A DNA stretch of 64,000 bases, taken from Amphiscolops sp. MND2022 (lineage: Eukaryota). The position numbers were made by a program, and so were the translations under genes. The stretch lies in NCBI GenBank assembly GCA_964187785.1, contig OZ076414.1, positions 36,828,001-36,892,000 of the forward strand, given 5' to 3'. This document shows, piece by piece, positions 59,331 through 64,000 of this stretch (the stretch's first letter is position 1; the number at the start of each line of letters is the position of its first letter). The notes under the pieces are model-generated. The model did not search any database. It had not been told where the DNA came from and was given only the letters and a program-made list of their open reading frames with translations.

Positions 59331-59662
59331 TTTCGTACTTTGGTTTCTTCAGATGCTTTTTTGGCTCTATGCGTGTTGGTTGTTCAACAGTTCAACAGCG
59401 TTCGGCAATTCGGGGGTTGTGTTGCTTTTCTGTACTGATTTTACGTTGTTGGCTTCGGAGTTTCGTTTCAATTCCTTTGGTTTATTGGTGTAGGCATCAG
59501 TCGAATGTCGCGTAATGACAAAGTTTGTAGTTTCTTTTGTATATTTTGAAGGACGGGACTGCCACCCCGTGTGGTTTGTAGTCTTGAGTTGGTTTTGAGT
59601 AGAAGTAGGTTGCTTTTGGTTATGGCGCGCACTTTTGTTTGATTGAGGAGAATGACGTGGCA

Positions 59663-61189
59663 TTAGAAGTTTTTTCGGTCTTCAACGTCATCGTGTTGCT
59701 CAATCTCCACGGCATTCTCGGCTTCATCATTGGTTGCGTGGGACAGTGCGTTTGCGTTATAGATTCTGGCATTGTTTTGTCTAAAGTCCCTTTTGAATTG
59801 CCTGTTTTCCACCGTTGAGTGTTTAGGATACGGGACACTCGTGTATGCCGACGTAGCCGTATTCCTGTCGTAACGGTCTCGAGCTGAAAGTCCTACCTTC
59901 CCGCAAATTTGGCAGACTAGTTTCGAATTGTATTTGGGTTTGGGTTGTTGTTCTTGACTGGGTTGGGTGACGGGTTGCGAGTTTGAATTCGTCGATTTGC
60001 CTTGGTTTTCTTCCCGGAGTCGTTTTCGACATTCTGCCCACTTATGCCCGTGTATACCACAATGTCGGCTTTGACCAGCAAATTTCCTGTTCGTTTCCCT
60101 GTTTTGTTGGGGTTGAGATTGGGCGTTTTGTGGCGCAGTTGCTGCTGGTTGTGGTGCGCTCATCTGGTTGAATGGTTGTGTACTAGAGTTTGTTGGGAGG
60201 AGTTGTGCATACTGACATCTGCGTTGCACGAAGGTTCGGATTTCCTCCATTGAAGCATCATGCTTTCCTGCCATTGCCAGTTCATTTTGCAGTTGCACCA
60301 GAAGTTTGGCGAACAGGAAGGTCTCGGTTCTGTCGCCAGATCTATCGCCAGATCTATCGCCAAATGCTTGTTTCCCCACTTTTTTGAATTTTTTGAGAAA
60401 TTCGTTGAAAGTCTCTGCTGTCGGGTCATAGTGTATTTGGTCAAATTTGCATTTGGCCACTTCTTTCAAGTCTTGTTTTGCATTTTCTTTCTTGAAGTAA
60501 CGCAAGACTTGTGCGAGTGTCGTCTGGGTCGTTTTTTTCAGTGATTGCCAGAATTCAATGGCATCATCACGAAGCAGGCTCTGAAAGTAAGTCAGTTTTT
60601 GTTCCTCTGACAGTTTGTGTTGGCGTGGCCTGAGGTGGTTGAGCAGGAGGTGTTCAAATTCATTGTACTTCTTCCTGTTGCCTCTGAAGAGTGGAACCTG
60701 GGTGTGGAAGATTTTCTGATGTTGTACATTATCCGTCATCGTGTCTCTCAGGTGGTGGATTTCGGTGACTATGTCATCAATTTGGTGGGCGGATGACTGA
60801 GGGCAATGCGATGTGGATGGGCGCATTGGGTTCGGCTGATTATTGTTTGTCTGAACTCCTGTCACCATGTCGGAACGTGCCTCATGACTATTCGATACTG
60901 AGTTTCATTCTTTCCCTTCTCTATTACTAGAGGATTCACTTTCGGTTAATGCGAGTATTTAATTTGGCAATCCATATATTTGTCTGTTCATGTCGGAGAA
61001 GCGTTGGTTCACAGTATCTCGTCCAGAACTGTGTTGGTAATTCAGTACATCTCCATCGTTGAATTCACTAATTTGTTCCCTAGTGAAGACTTCGGGAATA
61101 CTACATTCGCTTTCAGAGTCACTATGTCTATCCATTTTGTTTGTTTCAAGCTGATTATCTCTAAGTGATTGTGATCTCGTTTTAACCAT
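59663..61189 (-). pseudogene. gag: Gag of element 4, starting in the LTR (MVKTRSQ at 61189); two nonsense changes in the LTR part
   Basis: ORF 60959-61189 is in frame with ORF 59663-60868 across two stops; VPLFRGNRKKYNEFEHL; two degenerate CCHC knuckles. Confidence 0.85.
60855..60867 (-). other. Primer-binding site of element 4 (TGGTGACAGGAGT), tRNA-Leu type with one mismatch
   Basis: Directly after LTR end CA; differs from the element 1 PBS at one base. Confidence 0.75.
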
Positions 61190-62814
61190 AAAGGAAAAAT
61201 ATAGTAGTTTTGTAGTATGAATTGAAAATGTTGAGAAGTTGAATTATATTGGAAGTTATGAAGTAGTAGCGACTGCACTGTAGCGTATAGCAAAATCTCT
61301 AATGGCGCTTTCTCACCCAATTTTGAGTATGTCGACGTAAATTCGCTTCAGTACATCGACCAATCATGTATCAGTATTTCGATTGTGTTAATTAGCACCT
61401 TGGTTGGTAATAACGTGGTTTGAGTCTACTAGTGGTAGTTACGTTACCATAGCAACATGACTCACTAATTAGGTGCGAATGGTATGACTTGGTACAAAGG
61501 GCATTGCTATGTAGTGATGCAGCCAACATGTGTCAAGATGAACATTTAATCATGATGCACTAAGACTAAAAATGGAAACTGATGATGCTCTGTCATCTAC
61601 ATTACAAAGTGGTTAATCATGATATTGCGAATTAGCTCAATAATCATATGAGGAAAAATGTATGATTTATGTTTATGAAACATTGGTAGTCCGAGGATTA
61701 AGGTAAACGATGCACTATGGATGTTTTTGTGTTTTAGTTTTATGATGCAGTTTGTTCAACAGCATTCTTCACTTTTGTATGCAATCAGGCATGACACTGA
61801 CGACGCAAGTCGTTGTTGTAGAATTATTTTGGCGGTTAAATGAATAATTTGTATTTCAAGATTCGAAAATAAATTATATTTATTCCATCATCTCGAAAAT
61901 AAATGATTATTATTTATTTATTGCAGTTATTTTCGTTGAAATAATTTTTTCGGCAACACTGACGCCAATAGGTGAAGGTTTCTTCAAGAATTGACAAAAG
62001 TTGGTTTTCGCACGTACCAAAATTTGTCTTCAAGAATTCACAAAAGTGCACTTCAAAGAAATTGGCAGTGCCGCCGAAATGATTGAAGAAATCACACACT
62101 AATATTAGCAGTGCAAAAATGAAATGTGAATTTTGTATGAAATCTGTTATGCTCAGCAAACAAACTGAAAACCAAATGTCAGCAAACGCAAAAACAATCG
62201 CTTCTGAAAATTTTTCAAACTTGCCTCACTGCAGTTAATGATAGCACCATGGAAATTATTCGTAAGATTGGGCTGAAAAAATAGTAAAACTGTCCGCCAG
62301 TTGTCTGGGACTACGTCAGGCACATATACCATGCGATTAAAAGAGATCTAAAAGGATGACAAAAAACAAACAATACTAATAAAACCAGTTTTCAGTGGAC
62401 GACGAGAACAAAAAAACGGAGGCTGACTCAACTTGAAAAAAGGAATACTTGGGCTTTCGGTAGGACCTTGAAACATCCTCAACTCTTTTGTGCTCTGCCT
62501 TACCTTTATCATAATGTTTTTTTGTCTTTCTCTCGCGTTAATTTTTCGAGGTTTTTTTCTTTCTCGCTTTAATCTCCATTGTAGATCCGACCTAGCCTTT
62601 TTTGGTGTTGTCGCGTTACGACTAACGCTAAATGAAGTATTTAAGTCTTTTTTATGACATGATAAACTGAACCACGATTGGTCGCAAACAAACATGCCTG
62701 TGTCACGTAGCTTCGGAAGAAATTGCGAAACTGACAGAGCACCAACGTTCTTTCCTCTCACTAACTTCACTTTTAGCAAACTAGTTCTCCCCGCTGCCTA
62801 CATTTTTATGAATC

Positions 62815-63050
62815 CGTCTGTTTATGATTTCACTTGCTTTTCCCATAGTTTATGGTTTCAGTGCCGTTTTCATTAAAAATGGGCAAAAAAGGAAGAAGAA
62901 ACTGAAACAACTTACTGAGTAAAATGCCTTTCTCGTTCATCTAAGCATAAGAAACTTCGCTTAAAGGTTCATCTAAGTCGCTAGGACACAAAATGATGAA
63001 AATTGGTATCACCAGAGCAGCAAAGTTTACTCGTCAATGATAAAAACGAA
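62815..63050. repeat. Dispersed repeat, copy 2 (see 3930-4160)
   Basis: Same conserved blocks in the same orientation. Confidence 0.75.
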
Positions 63051-63258
63051 AAACCAATTCTTGACATGTTTGATAATCATACGCTACCGGTCATCCAGTA
63101 TTTGAAAATAAGTGACCCGAATTAATCTTGACATTGAAAGATCTTCACAAATGTTTCCTCACAAATGTTTGACGCAAAATTCACGATATCCGAAAGCTAA
63201 AGACTTCTGTCACAAACATTGCTTGTTAAATTTGAAGTTCTGTGAACATGTATAAGGT

Positions 63259-63307
63259 CCCTAATTCATGACCTGTAATAACACAATGCCCTAATTCATG
63301 ACCTGTA
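63259..63307. repeat. 19-bp direct repeat (ccctaattcatgacctgta) separated by 11 bp
   Basis: Exact copies at 63259-63277 and 63289-63307. Confidence 0.85.
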
Positions 63308-64000
63308 GATGAAATTTTAATGAGATCTGTCTTGCGAAAAAGATAAAAATTGTTTTTTTTTCAGACATGCACAAGAGTGACAAGAGTTTACCAGTGCCAA
63401 GAGATTTGAGTACATGATAAAGATAACCGTTTTGGAGGCATGAAATCCGATTCAAAGTGCATTTGGTCACCTTAATGAACAAGTCATTTCGCAAAATTTA
63501 ATCCCGAGTGCATCAATTTTATCCAGAGAAATATACATTACTGTTTTACATTTTCCTAGTTTTGTCTACAGACAAAAAACTCGTTACAGACTACTTTCCA
63601 AGGGAACAACAGCGAATTTTAAAATGGAAAAGCGTTGAAAGCGCACCAAGAACATCATTGCGAACATATTAAAACAAACTTTGATTCATTAAAAGAGTTT
63701 TTATTATGAAATGAAATTTTCAATGTTTCTGAAATCGAAACTTATGGAGCTGATCATAGTTTTTCATGCAACTTTGAGAACACGTCATACATTATAATTG
63801 AATACAATCATTGTTACGACCGGTCGTGGTTGCAATTTCTGCTACGTGATGGGGAGAGGGAGAGGACGCAGCTATTGCAAGTACCATTAAACTATTAATT
63901 TAATTCTACTTACAGTACAACTAAAATAATAGTAGATAATTTCCTAGTTACAAAATCCAACGTAAGCGTTACGGGATATTTCCAGAAATGATTTTGGACT

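Larger units (their letters stand above)
55107..61450 (-). mobile_element. Element 4: Ty3/Gypsy core related to element 1 (gag-pol, PBS, part of 5' LTR)
   Basis: RT and RH closely similar to element 1; LTR end ...TTCCGACA at 60868 followed by PBS; right boundary and 3' LTR not identified. Confidence 0.85.

Noticed and set aside
60341-60364. 12-bp tandem duplication in gag (RSGD twice)
   Set aside because: Small in-frame slippage event with no further implication.
63291-63700. Possible degenerate coding sequence near the window end
   Set aside because: No recognisable motif in any frame.
63812-63900. TGTTACGAC resembling the element 1 LTR terminus
   Set aside because: Similarity stops after 9 bp; no other support within the window.

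Overview
AT-rich eukaryotic (probably invertebrate animal) DNA made almost entirely of nested, degraded LTR retrotransposons; no intact host gene, rRNA, tRNA or CRISPR array could be supported. Layout: (0) a plus-strand LTR remnant ending at 3300; (1) a large minus-strand Ty3/Gypsy element, 4701-23684, with LTRs of at least 1.97 kb, a tRNA-Leu PBS, gag-pol, an antisense spliced cargo gene resembling a catalytically dead hAT transposase, and a near-identical 3.57-kb internal tandem duplication; (2) a plus-strand BEL/Pao element, ~25574-34448, carrying an antisense JmjC-domain (2OG-Fe(II) oxygenase) gene between integrase and the 3' LTR, partly duplicated; (3) a minus-strand Gypsy element, 37050-53013, with 344-bp LTRs, gag, protease, integrase, a class III (chuvirus G/herpes gB-like) env, several accessory ORFs, no RT/RNase H, and four covarying three-way-junction RNA repeats in its leader; (4) another minus-strand Gypsy (core 55107-61450) whose own antisense hAT-like cargo gene (34449-53760) is interrupted by element 3. 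Most notable: the JmjC cargo of the BEL element, the hAT-derived cargo in two divergent Gypsy elements, the env, and the structured leader array. All protein assignments come from motif recognition by eye, not database searches.
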